The notes under the pieces are model-generated. The model was not told where the DNA came from. It worked only from the letters and a program-made list of their open reading frames with translations, and made no database searches. A stretch of 63,128 nt of DNA, the filler included, from Bipalium vagum (taxonomy: Eukaryota), in assembly GCA_037834085.1 (NCBI GenBank). It is 3 parts of 3 records of this genome, joined end to end, with 100 filler letters (N's around TTAATTAATTAA, not from the genome) between each part and the next. Parts side by side here need not be neighbours in the genome. Positions count along the whole stretch, not along the records: positions 1 to 22,374 come from JBBMKC010222236.1; positions 22,475 to 45,634 come from JBBMKC010212703.1; 1 more part is not named here. The stretch is one strand, 5' to 3'. The position numbers were made by a program, and so were the translations under genes. Positions 15,670-27,830 of the stretch are shown here, one piece after another; the first letter of the stretch is position 1, and each line of letters begins with the position of its first letter.

Positions 15670-16190
15670 TTTATGTGAAATATGTTCTTTTGAGATTGAT
15701 GACCTTTGTTCATTTTTCAGACTAAAAATGAATTTCGCAAAAGAACTCTGGGTTTTTTGAAGCAATCCAGTTGTCTACCCCATTTCAATGTTCTTCAACA
15801 GAACTAAGTTGCTCTCCAGAAATTGATAATTGCATTGAGCAGAAAAAATGATAATCCGAAGTATCAATATCTGCTGAATAGGGCGGGTGATGTAAGACTT
15901 AGTAATTCTTAACTCCTGAATAAGTATTTGGCCTAGTGTTATCATGTTGCAAAATCAATTTTTATGCTTATTATTTCATTAGAATCTTTTTTGAAATAAC
16001 TCATTTAAAACTAATTAATTGAATCCATGTTCATCGGTAATGGTGAATAACCATATTTTGATTCAAGCATATAAACAAAAGTTGTGAACCTTGAATATTG
16101 TATTTCGTCTATATATCTAGTTTCAGTCAAGCTGCTTTATGTTGTAGAATCTCACAGTGATAATTAGAGGCAAAAAATCTTTTCTTTTCT
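15670..16190 (-). mobile_element. Degenerate mariner transposase, C-terminal fragment
   Basis: Minus-strand translation LQHDNTRP...VLHHPPYSADIDTSDYHFF...WVDNWIASKNPEFF, matching the mariner HDNARPH and HPPYSPDLAPSDYHLF motifs. Confidence 0.8.
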
Positions 16191-16199
16191 CTCACTGGA

Positions 16200-16996
16200 A
16201 AAGGAATGTACAAATTATTTTCGGCCCTTCCATCTCTTTTCTTTAATTCAAGTGGGAATCAATTTTCTAATTCTTCACCCAACAATAAACAACCCAAAAT
16301 TTTATATTTCCCCATTTGTTTAATGATCTCTAGGTGCGCATATATTTCTTTCATTTTGATCAAAATTACTTAAGATCAAAATAAATTCTGTAGCATTAAC
16401 TTTTCTTGTTCTCAAAATCAATTCAGGGAACAATGTAAAAATTCACGTTTGCCACTTAATTGCGGATGTTCTTCTCAGGTGAAGGTATAGTACCATATAT
16501 ATAGACCATTAGATTCATGTTATTTAAATTGGTATAGCATATTAGCTTGGAATATTGTGCCTTGGTGCTTGTATTTTTAAATCTTTTTTCGATTTTAGCT
16601 GTTATTGATATTTTTAAGATCCTGTTCTAACAGCCACATCTTGCACATTTTTTCTTATAACAAAATATTTTTGAGACCGCCTTTCGATAATCGAATCAAT
16701 AAAAATATCTTTCAAATCTAATAAACTAGTCTTTCTGCGTCCACCAAATTTCCTTTTTCTTGAAATCTCCACAACCAACTTTTCATCTAAAATATATATT
16801 TTACAGAAGGAAACCTGGGAATATGATTCGATTTCATTCAACTGAATAACTTTTTCTGGAATTCATTTTGATCTTATTAAAGAATTTAAACAAATTTTGG
16901 TACTAATTAATTAATTATATTTTCTATATATTTAAAATAAAATACCTTGGGTACTGGCTTATATTCGGATAGTGGCTTGTAATAGGAGATAAACGG
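16200..16996 (-). mobile_element. pogo-family transposon 5' fragment (TIR plus CENP-B-like HTH region)
   Basis: Minus strand reads TA-CCGTTTATCTCCTATTACAAGCC (TIR), then MNSRKSYSVE...RKRKFGGRRK...DSIIERRSQK (ORF 16614-16841). Left boundary approximate. Confidence 0.65.
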
Positions 16997-17879
16997 TACC
17001 TAATTTTATTTTCAAAAGTAAAAATCACGTTGGAATGATTTTGTTGCTGTTTTGTATCTAAAATTATTTTATTTTATCAAGACAATTTTTTCATTTCATG
17101 GATATCATATGTAGAATAATTTTAGATAGGATCACGATTTCATTTGGACTATACGATAGTCACATTTTTATGTTCCATCATGAAATAATAAAATATCAAA
17201 AGTTCTTTATATAATATCTTGTGAACATCTCAAAAGGTTAATTGATATTAAGTTTGCACTATTATGGAAGAGTATATAAACCTAGAAATTACCTAAGTGA
17301 TTTATGATTTTCTCCTTTATTACAAAAAAAGTTTTTCCATTACTAAACCGCGACACAAAATTCATTTATTGTTTAAAAAAAGAGATATTTGATTTTTATT
17401 TAAATTTTTTATAAATTGCTAAAAGTTTTCAGTAAAAATATCAATATTTTTATAACAAAAAGAAAAAATAATATTTTTTCAGTTTATTTTCTTTATACTG
17501 ACTAAATAAAATAAATTGAGGAGACTCATAAGAAAATGACAGAAGACTTAAGTTTTAGGAAAAATTATTTGAATTTTCAAAGTGATTTTACTTTATAATT
17601 AAAATATTTAAGAGATTTTTCTTTTTAAATTCTGTGAAATTCTAATTTTTATTTTTTTAATAAATATCAAAACTGTTTAAGCCATTGTTTAGCTATTAAC
17701 ATCTACAACCGATAGTTTTTCTTGTTGAAGTTGAATAATACTCATAGTGCCTTCGAGTTAAATCTGGAAAATTTCCAATTTTTATAAAAAACCTAAATAG
17801 ACAAAACTAATAACTTTATTACAATAAAAATTAGAACATAACTGAATGAAAGTGCAAATTTTAAGATATTTCAATGTGA

Positions 17880-18080
17880 TCATCATTATTGGTCACAACC
17901 GCCTAGAGCCGGATTTGGGATGTGCTATATACTCGCTTGACCTTCCCGTAAAATTTAGTCTTTATCTCAATGATGGCATCCCGTAAACACTTGATTGTGG
18001 TGAGATTTTGAGTTAATATGGAACTCAGCTAAGTTTCATGTAATTATCGAGAGGATTGTAGTCAGGGTTCGAGGGTTACC
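17880..18080 (-). mobile_element. Possible 3' end of an RTE-like LINE
   Basis: GC-richer island ending on the minus strand in ...GGCGGTTGTGACCAATAATGATG, a short tandem-repeat-like tail. Too short to confirm. Confidence 0.3.
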
Positions 18081-18479
18081 ATAAAAGTTATTTTTCTAGT
18101 ATCATGACTAATATTAAGTAATTCAAATTTAATTAATCCATTTAATGATAAATTAGCTTACTTAAACAAAAATAATTATAGGGATTGCTCATATATTCTT
18201 TTAATAAAACTTTGAAAATCTTCCGCATTTTTCTAATATCAACTAATGTTTAGTGAGAATGAGAGGTTTCTCCGAACATAAAGAGTTTTTAGAGATTTAC
18301 AAAAATAATTTTCGTATATTTCAATTTAGTTTGTTAATTAAAAAATTAAATTACAATTATAAATTTTCTCAACCATTTTTATTGTCCTTTCAGTTATAAT
18401 GTGTTTTTTTCATTATAAGTAATAAATTAGTTAAAATAATATTTAATATTTATATTGATGCTCCTAATCAATTAACTAT

Positions 18480-19386
18480 TTATATTAAAGGTGCAAATGC
18501 AGTAACTATTAAAGGTGTACCAGATTTGAAGGCGAAAGAGTAACTTTCATTCTTGCTATTAAAAAATCACTTTTCTATTAAATGCTTGTCTTTAATCATT
18601 ACTAAAGGTTCTATTGATGTCATGGTGGAAATTCATAATATTTATATTATTGAACGATCTAAAGCATTGTCAACCCAAAATATATTAAGAAAATATATTG
18701 AAAGACTAATTCCCTTTTTACTAAGAGAATATCGAAAAGGAATGTTAGTATGGGACTCGGTAAGTACTCATCGCGATAAGGAAATGAAAACATATGTGTG
18801 CATAAAGACGAATACTTAATCAGATAATGATCCCTTCCGGTGCACAGCATATCTACAGACTCTCGATTTAATAGTAAATAAACCCTTCAAAGATAAACTA
18901 ATTAGCGAGATAAATTATTACATTGAAAAAAATGCTCAAAGAAAGGCAAAGGGAAATTAAATTAAGCCTTAAATTAATATTGTTGCTGAATGGGTTCGGA
19001 AAGTATGGGACTCTATTTCTCCAGAAACTGTCCATGTTGCCGTGGGAAGATCTTATCTGAAAGTTAGCCAGAGTATTGAAGAAGCAGCAATATAGAATGA
19101 GTTTGATCCAATTACTAAAGATTGTTTAGCAAACAGCATTAATCAATTTCTAGATTTTAAGGACATTGAGCATTTAGTTGAGGAAATTGATGAGTTGGTA
19201 TTGATTAATGAATAATTTTTACATTTATCTTTGTCGCTTTTCTTTTATAATTAAAAAAAAAATTTTCTTTGATTTTCTTAATAATCAATACAAAATATTA
19301 CAAGCCACTACTCGAATATAAGCCATTATGCCAAATTAAAAAAGTTCTGCAATACAAGCCATTGAGTAGTAATAGGAGAAACAAGG
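18480..19386 (+). mobile_element. pogo-family (DDE_1) transposase 3' fragment with terminal repeat
   Basis: LVWDSVSTH...MIPSG..AYLQTLDLIVNKPFKDKL...VAEWVRKVWDSISPETV with stops and frameshifts. End region TACAAGCCACTACTCGAATATAAGCC...TAATAGGAGAA resembles the TIR at 16950-16996. Confidence 0.8.
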
Positions 19387-22300
19387 CTGTTTATTAATTG
19401 ACTATTAACATTTTTAACCAATCAAGAAAATTATTCACTAAATTGATTCATGTAAAAACAATCAAGAAATGTGGTTTGTTAATAGTTAACTACTTGGTAC
19501 TTAAATAAACTTTCATTTATGTAGTTTTATGACAAAACTTCCTATTTTCAGCATTATTTCGAAATTATACTAATTGTTCATCATTCCATATAGTCAATGT
19601 TCATTTAAGCTCATTGCGAATTTACAAAATGTCTAAGGTTATTTACTTTTAAGAACCTTAACTTTTGTACTTCTTGATACTGAATTTAATATAAAGGTCA
19701 AAGGATGGAAATCGCAGAACTTTAGCAATGATCAATTAAATCAATATTCCAACATATTTATCAGTTAAAACAATCATTTTTCGTCGTGTTTATTATCATT
19801 CACTTTAAATGCAACGTCGAGTGTCTTTTTAATCATAAATTATTATCAGAAAAAACGAGAAATATTTAAAATTAATTAAATTATATTTTTCAGTTATCCA
19901 TTAGATTTTAAAATGTTTTTTTTATATTGAAAGGAAGTGTTTCAACTTTCCAGTTGAAATTAGGAAACACCGTATAATGCTAAAGAGAAAGAAAAATCAC
20001 AGTTTGCAAAAAGATCTTAAAACGAAATTTCATTAGGAAAAGTAGGAAAAATGTAAATGCGAAAAAGAGCTGAAGAAATTATGTTTAGTTTTTGAGCAAT
20101 CATTTTTTGGACCAGGTTGAGTAATTTAAAGGAAAATTGAAATTCACATTGAAGGCGTGGTAAAAAGATTTATTTATGAAGTTCTGAAAATTAAAAGTGA
20201 TTTCTGTTTCTGATCAATGATGAAAAAATTATTTTTGACACAAACCTCCGTTGACAGAGAAACTGAAAAATTCAGCTATTATCATAGCTGGTTAACAGCC
20301 GAGTGAAAGAAAAAAATTATTGTCACACAACTTTCATTGTGTTTGATATTTTGGTAACGTGGTTGGTATTTCTACTTGAAAAGTAAATTTGCTTATAATT
20401 TGACTGAGCAGATTTTCATTATATATTAAAGAACAATGAGAAAAACGTTTGATCCATTTGTCAATCTTTTTTAACGACATCTTCGCTTTTCATCTATCAA
20501 TTTACGTAGATAATATCAGCTCTTGGTTAGCGTTTTAATCAATAATTATTTGGATCATCACAACTAAATAATCGGGATGTAGTGGTACTAGCCAGAACCA
20601 CCCTAGAATATTTTCATTAAAACAAAGTTCTACATATTCCTTTATTAGTAGCATTTGGTTTCATTTTGATGACATTTACATTCACAAGTTACAAAGAAAC
20701 TCGTTTTAAGATTATCATATCCATCGACTTGACGGTTGACACTGAACTAAATTTTTATTTTTATCACTTCACTTGATATTTCAGTACGATTATTTTAATA
20801 GTTGTACTTTAAAAATGTTGTTAGAAGATCATTTGATATTGATTTTCAGATCATAATAAAATAATGCGTTAACCACAAGCTGTTTAGCAATAATAATAAT
20901 AATAATAATGTCAAATGAATGATAAATATATTTAGAATAAACTGTACGATAAAAAAATCTTTAATTTTGTATTATTACTTATTTAAGGACATTAGAAAAT
21001 ATTGATAAAGCATGATAAAAGCCCGTGCTTTGGGAATATTAACATATTTTATTAAATATTATTAATAAATTTTACAATGCTCATTAAAATCAGGAATTTA
21101 AATAATTATTATTCTAAATAAATTTTAAATAAAAATATTTTTAATTATTATTTTAAATATTATAATATTAAAACAACCACTGCAAACATTATAATATAAA
21201 TATGATTTTAAATTTCCCGTATTGTGATTGGCCTCCTTATAGAGAATAGTTTAATAAATATTTGAATGAAATTTTATTTCGATTCATGGAACTGAAAAAA
21301 ATTTGAAATTATTGTCGACATTGTGAGTTAAGGCTTTTTTTCATTGAAATGTGAATAGCTTTTTTATTTAAGATATATATCTATTTTTAAATATAAACTA
21401 GTACCTATATCCTGATCAGTGTGTTTCTTAATGACTTGTAAATTGATTTTCTTTAATTCTTACTTTACTTTAATTCTTTTACAAATTTTTTAGAACTTTA
21501 CCAGATTATTTTTTTGACAAATTAAAAATCTCAACAGATAATTTTTAAAATAAAATTTCCAAGCTGATAAAAGTCTGTCATGTTACACTATATTACAACT
21601 TAGGTTATTACTATCTTATATTGATTAATTAAAATACATCTTTTACTTAAATTTGTTTGTTTGAATATGTAATTTTTAAGTTAAAGAAATGCTATTGATA
21701 GTAACAGAGAAAGTCTGTGGAATTAATAAATTCTATTGATTTTTACGTTAACGAAAATGATAAATAATTAAAATTAAAAACTAATTAGTTAAAAAGATTT
21801 AAATTTTAAAAATGTAAAAAATCATGAAAATTGAAAAAATGTAAAGAGCTTTGATTTAAATAAACGGAGTTTTTTATCTTACTCCAATGAGACTGCTGAT
21901 TCCAAATGTAAATTGAGTTTCATGATATATTTATATTAAACAAATTAATTAACAGCAATTTTAAACTATTGTCAGCAACCAAATAAACAATAGAATGAAT
22001 TTTATTTAATTTATGAAATTGTTCAATGTTCATTAGTTTCCAGGCATCGGTAGATAGCTCATATAATTGATTTGTCCTTTTTTAAATTTTTTAAGATTGT
22101 CAATTTATATAAATAGTTTACAAAAAATTTAATTATAGTTAAAAAAATAAATTTTAATTTCTTGTAAAATATGTAAATTAAAAATCTTTCGTATATAATG
22201 ACGTCAAATTTAGATAGTTATTCACAGAAATGCTGAAAAACTAACTGAAGGCTTTTTGCTAATTAGTAAAGTTTTTATAATATTAAAATATTTAGAACCA

Positions 22301-22303
<3 letters not shown>

Positions 22304-22374
<71 letters not shown>
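22304..22374. repeat. (AAT)n microsatellite running into a gap
   Basis: More than 20 AAT units, directly visible. Confidence 0.95.
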
Positions 22375-22474
22375 NNNNNNNNNNNNNNNNNNNNNNNNNN
22401 NNNNNNNNNNNNNNNNNNTTAATTAATTAANNNNNNNNNNNNNNNNNNNNNNNNNNNNNNNNNNNNNNNNNNNN
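22375..22474. other. Assembly gap linker (44N-TTAATTAATTAA-44N)
   Basis: 100-nt artificial spacer with a six-frame stop motif. Confidence 0.95.
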
Positions 22475-22476
22475 TT

Positions 22477-22946
22477 GAAAGATTTAATAGAACTCTAAAA
22501 AATTTAATGTTTAAAAAATTTACTGAACAGGGAAATCGAAAATGGTTACATATTTTACTAAATTTAATTAATTTTTATAATAATAAAATTCACAGTTCAA
22601 TTGGAATAACACCAACTGAAGCATCTAAAGATCCAGCAAAGCTGTAAAGATCTTCGACCAGTCCAACGAAGTTGGTTGAGCCTATGGCTAATCCTGAAAA
22701 CTTAAAGAATGATCCAACTGATAAAACTTCTTACATTTATCAATTATCCTCAAAACCAAAATATCATATTAGAGATAGTACGAATTTTTAAATATATAAA
22801 AATAAATTTGAAAAAGGATATACAGCTAAATGGACAAATGAAATTTTTATTATAAATGAAATTTTTTTAACAACTCCAATCGTTTATGGATTAATAGATT
22901 TAAATGGAGAAAAATATTGGGCAGATTTTATGAGAATGAACTACAG
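22477..22946 (+). pseudogene. Polinton/Maverick retroviral-like integrase, C-terminal half (decayed)
   Basis: ERFNRTLKNLMFKKFTEQGNRKWLHIL..LINFYNNKIHSSIGITPTEAS, then KPKY..KNKFEKGYTAKWTNEIFIINEI..TTPIVYGLIDLNGEK..GRFYENELQ. These are typical Polinton integrase motifs, with a stop at 22645 and frameshifts. Confidence 0.9.
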
Positions 22947-22999
22947 CGTAGCTGGATGTGAGACGAAGTCTCACAGCTTCAAAGAAGCTCTCTATGAAA

Positions 23000-23505
23000 T
23001 GTAATGTTGGAGAAAAACCTCTTTTTATATTTAAATATTTTATTTTCTGTTTAAAATTAAAATTATTATTTATTATATTACTTATTACAATAAGTAGCAT
23101 ATTTTACAAATCTGATTTTTCAGAGTAAAACATTGATGACTTTCAGGGCCTGGCCAGTCCGTTTGGCAGTGCGGTTGTACCACGGTTGCGTCGTAGTTAT
23201 CAGCTATTCGAATTTTCACTTGTCTTCTTTTTCTTTCTCTTTCTTAAAAGACTATTTAAACCCACGGGTTACACCAGGGAGACGCACTTTCGCTTTTTGG
23301 TTTCGATTTCGGTCTTGAATAAAAAGAAATAAAAAGAGAACAGAAGTTAAAAATAAAAAATAAAATAAAATAAACTAAAAAGCTAATAAAAAATAAAAAT
23401 AAAAAAAAAGAAGTTAGAACTGAATAGGATGGTGATTGGAACTGCTTGATAGAGAAATGGAGAGGACAGAGTTGAGAAAGAGAGACCACCATTCAAAGCA
23501 TCAAG
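23000..23505. mobile_element. LTR-like or other non-coding insertion interrupting the Polinton fragment
   Basis: Compositionally distinct GC-richer non-coding block between the integrase and the next Polinton ORF. No clean TSD found. Confidence 0.3.
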
Positions 23506-23559
23506 TAGTTTTGTTATTTTTATAAATATAATTGAGAAAATTAAATTTATTTCTAAAAA

Positions 23560-23785
23560 ATGAATAAGGAAATCACAGAGGATAAATTACAAAATATTAT
23601 CGAAATTGGCAAACCTAAATATATAACATTTAATGGAGAGAAATACTACCTCTCCAAGAAAATAATTAATCAAGTTAAAGAACAAATAAATGAAAATGAA
23701 GAAATTAAACAGGTCGGTGTTCTTCCATTAATTCCAATACTTGGAGTACTATTTGCAGGTTTTGGAGCAGCTGGTGGTGTTGCTC
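23560..23785 (+). pseudogene. Polinton/adintovirus small virion-associated protein (pX-like hydrophobic, Gly-rich motif)
   Basis: ORF 23560-23838 contains KQVGVLPLIPILGVLFAGFGAAGGVA, resembling the xGG-FLPLIP adenain-substrate motif of adenovirus pX-like proteins. It lies between the integrase and the protease. Confidence 0.55.
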
Positions 23786-24150
23786 TTAAAATGCCCTTAA
23801 AAGTTTTAATGCGGGATGAAGTAACTAAAAAGAATTAAATCAGAAATGTCATTAATTATTAATTATCAAAATACAAATCAAAAAGGAATTAATTGGGTTG
23901 GATATTACGCTGGATACTATTTTAACTCCTAAGGTTTACCACCATTTGAGGATTTAGAAAAACATGTTAAGGAATATAATAAATCTTATTTCCAATCTGA
24001 AACAGATTTTGAATATTGTGAGCAATTATCTTTATATGTTTTATTTCATTTATATAATAATAAAACATTTGAGGAAAACGAAGTAAAACTTCATGAGAGC
24101 TTCGCTCCAATTTTAGAAGAGTTGGAATATGTTTTTATGGAAAGTTAAAA
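23786..24150 (+). pseudogene. Polinton adenain-like cysteine protease (decayed)
   Basis: VLMRDE...LIINYQNTNQKGINWVGYYAGYYFNS*GLPP...YNKSYFQ...YCEQLSLYVLF. This matches the consensus IINLD..G.HWV..YYFDSFGLPP..YN...Q...CG with catalytic H and D mutated and one in-frame stop. Confidence 0.85.
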
Positions 24151-24579
24151 TTAAAAATTAAATAAAAAAATGGGCGATCAAGTATTTGTTAATATTGCTG
24201 AAAATGGAGAATATGTGGAGACTTCCAGGCCCGGTCCAAATTTCAATCCGAAATCCAATCTCAAATTCTAAAAACAATAAATGACAATTTTGTCATTTTA
24301 AAAAACATTCTAGTATTTTAGTTTTTTTATGTTTATGTTTTTGTGTTGTATAAAAATATAATTTTATTTTTATATAAATATAATTTTTATTTTTATGTAA
24401 AGTTAAAACCGGACGTTTAGTTAATTATACTTCCTATCTGTCTAAAATATAAAATAAAATATGAAATATAGTTATAGTAAAAATAATAAAATAATTTATA
24501 AAATACAAAAATTATTATTATAATTATAATTAATTAAAAAATTAATCGTTTTGTTACGATATTAACTCACTAAGAACCC

Positions 24580-25648
24580 TGTCGTAACACTCAGCTCGCA
24601 AAGTTACTGACCCCCTTCACTTAGCCTATACGTTATGCAAATAAATGAATCAAACAATTATGAACAACACTTTATTGTAAAATAACAATACAAACGAAGT
24701 GTCAAATAACCAGTGAATATCTGAAATCAAGTGTTCTTACTCAAAGAGAAAAATCAAATATTGTCACACTGAAAATCAAATAATAATAATAGTCAATAAT
24801 CAAATAATTAAATGTTAAGATCAAATAAGTGTTTTAAAAAGAAAGAAAAACAAATGAATAAAATTTTAATATTCTCACCACTGGTGAACGACAGGTCCAA
24901 AGGGTGGTAAGCTGACCCCAATCCGGTCCGCTCAGAAACCACCTAACCGCACAGGACCCGTCGTGATCTTTTGTCGCATAAAGGGCATTAATATAAATTT
25001 CGATTTCAAAAGCAATGGCAAATTCCAAATAATGATAGCGATCCTTATTCTGACAAAATAATAGTCTTACGCAAACAATAACAATGGTTCTTCTGACGAA
25101 ATAGTAGTCTTCCGCAAGCAATAACAATGTTTCATTTGACAAAACAACGATAATACTCAAAATAATTTTAGCAGTTCTCAATCTCATTTCTGCGGCAATC
25201 CACTGCGGATTCCAACTCCTTATATACTATTCTGATCAGACGATCAATCAATTGTAGACCAGCTTTATCAATGAGGAATGTCAATTCCCTTTTTAGCTCG
25301 ACCCTGATCTAATCTTGGCAATTTAGGTTCGCCATTGTTAAGATTAGATCCTTTTTTGGAAATAATTAATTGCCCATTTTTTATTTGGATGTACTTTTTA
25401 ATTAATTAATTAACTATCATTATTATTAATTTATTTCTGACCCTCTTGTGGTCTTAATAATTAATTGATAATAACCATTCTAAACCCTATTGCGGCCTCT
25501 ACCATACTTCTACTTTTACAAGTGTTGGGAAGAATGTGTCCTTGGCTAAGTCCTTGGCTAACCCTGCAGAACTTAATTTTTGTTTGGATTTATTATCATT
25601 TGAATTTGTATATCTGAATATATCTGTTAATATTTTAATAGGCCGTCA
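24580..25648 (-). mobile_element. LTR-like segment (about 1.07 kb)
   Basis: TGTCGTAAC...GCCGTCA termini, minus-strand TATA (plus-strand CCTTATATACT near 25218), GC-richer internal blocks. No TSD recognised. Confidence 0.4.
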
Positions 25649-26379
25649 TATTTAATAGATCCAACTAGGAAAAAAATTTTTTAAAATATTTTTCGAAATT
25701 TATTTTTATTACTACTTTTTGTATAATTAGTACTATTTTTAGAAATTTTAGAACTATTATTAATTTCACTTTTAGTACTATTTAACATTGATGTCAATAT
25801 GATGTTTAAAACTATTCTAAAATTTGTGATTTTTGAAGAAAGCCAATAGTCCTGTTTATCTTACTCAAAAATATTTTTGGTACTCAGCGAATGATAATGA
25901 CAAGCGGGACTATAAACTACTTGTGGTAGTGAGAAAAATAATAAAAGCAACACTGTCCTGGAATAAATTAAATGATTTGATCAGTGAGAATAAAAGATCA
26001 AATCAACAGTTTGAAGCAATGATCACCTCACTTAAAAAAGTACGATCCATCCACATCGATTTTCTTCCATTTTTGATACCAACTGATATCAACATTTAAT
26101 ATTATTACTTATTTAATAATATTATTAATATATTTATCTCAGAAATGAGTGTGAGGCTTCACACCTATCCGCGATAAAAATAAACCTTCTGATCAATTGT
26201 TTGATTTTTGCGGTCACCTAAGACACTCTGGCCCTAGGCGGGTGTACTCGTAAGAGGTTTTTACCCTGGACATGTTTCCTAAGCAACCAGCGGCCTAGAA
26301 GAGAAGTGGCTCTGCATATCGGTTTTAACAAAACTTAGTAAAAAAGTAAATCAGGAATAAAATTGACAAAAATAATTAT

Positions 26380-27200
26380 ATTATTAATGATAAATAACAC
26401 ACAGTAAATGAAATACAGCAGATTTTCTCTAATATGTTCTCGGTGGTGAATTACGGTCCGATGGATTATTCACCTGATTCGTTATTTTTCTCTTGAGGAG
26501 CGTCAACACCTTTTTTATTGGATATAGATATCTACTTAAATTAATTAATTGTCATTTTGATTACAATGTTTTGTTCGGTAATATTTTCCAAAAAAGACCT
26601 GTTTCATCAACATTAAAAACATCATTTGCAGAATATTGTTATATTTCATCTTGTATATCATGTTGTCGCCAGACAGTAAGTTCCTCTATGTTAATGTCTG
26701 CTAACTCTCATTGATTTAAATATGATTCTGTCTTTAAAGAAACTTTTCAAGCCATCCATTATTGCCACGAAATAAATCTATTTTCATTTCAGTTGCCATT
26801 TCGCATGCTTTTTGTTGAAGAAGTTACCCATTTATTGGAATATTTTGTTCTCTTACTTGCCTGAACCACGTTAACATGCCATTCTTCAAAATCCCAGATC
26901 TTCAAAACAACAAGGTATTTTTTGTACCTGGGTGAAGTGCCATATTGGATTACATTTTTTGTTTTTAAAATTCCAATTATTGTTGTTCTGGGAACATAAA
27001 ATTTCTTAGGTAATTCGCTGTTGTTGGTTTTTGTTTTAGAAGCTTCAATAATTTCAATTTTTCACTTAAATTTAGTTTATATATTTAGCTATATAGAGTT
27101 ATTTTTATATTGACTTATTTTATTAAATTTTTCTTACTTTTACTTACTTATTAAATTTTTATGGACCGGACCAAACTGTTGTTACATAGAGGTTCCACTG
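26380..27200 (-). mobile_element. Tigger/pogo transposon 5' part, nested in another Tigger
   Basis: Minus strand TA-CAGTGGAACCTCTATGTAAC TIR, then decayed HTH (MLTWFRQVREQNIPING..LQQKA..GNNGWLEKF) and DVFNVDETGLFWKILPNK. Confidence 0.85.
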
Positions 27201-27202
27201 TA

Positions 27203-27830
27203 TTTTGTAAAAATTGATGATGTCATTGAAGGGCTTTTATTTGAATAGTAATCTAAAAGATGTGTTATATTTTTGAGGCATCTTGGATTTCCGTATTTTC
27301 CAATTACCAAAAGAGCAGATTTTCTCCTATCATAGAAACAGTGGCGAGAGCTATTATTCTCTTTTTGATTTTATACCATCATGGACTTTTACATCATTTA
27401 AGTCCAATGTTCGATCAGAAGTCAAACACCAAAATAGGTCAAATTCATCACAATTAAAAATATCAGATGGGTGGTATTCTGGAAATATATTTGGAACAAT
27501 ATTGTTTCTCCATTTACTCACTGTACTTTCGTGAATAGAAGAACTCTCTCCAGTAAATTTATGACATGTAAAGCAATGTTATGATTTATCCAATTTATGT
27601 CAATTTCCCTGGAAGATTCAACTTCTTTTAATTCTTTTCCTAATTTATTTGCCATTTCTTTTAATAAATCACCATTTATTGCAATATCAGGGCTTATATT
27701 TCAGGAAAGAGAGAACCATGTTAAAAGTGCTTTTGATGTTATTCCATGTTGAAACTTTTTTCTTTTAACAGCACCTGTTATGCCTTCATTTTAAATTAAT
27801 TTTCTTACTATTTTACGGTTTCGGGCTTTA
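27203..27830 (-). mobile_element. Tigger-like transposase fragment (host of the nested copy)
   Basis: ALLTWF..INGDLLKEMA...GESSSI..EYHPSDIFNCDE..LFW...LVIGKYGNPRCLKN..YYSNKS.SMTSSIF, cut at a TA by the second element. Confidence 0.85.

Noticed and set aside
22375-22474. TTAATTAATTAA palindrome centred in N runs (also 45635-45734)
   Set aside because: Identical in both gaps and encodes stops in all six frames. It is an assembly linker, not biology.
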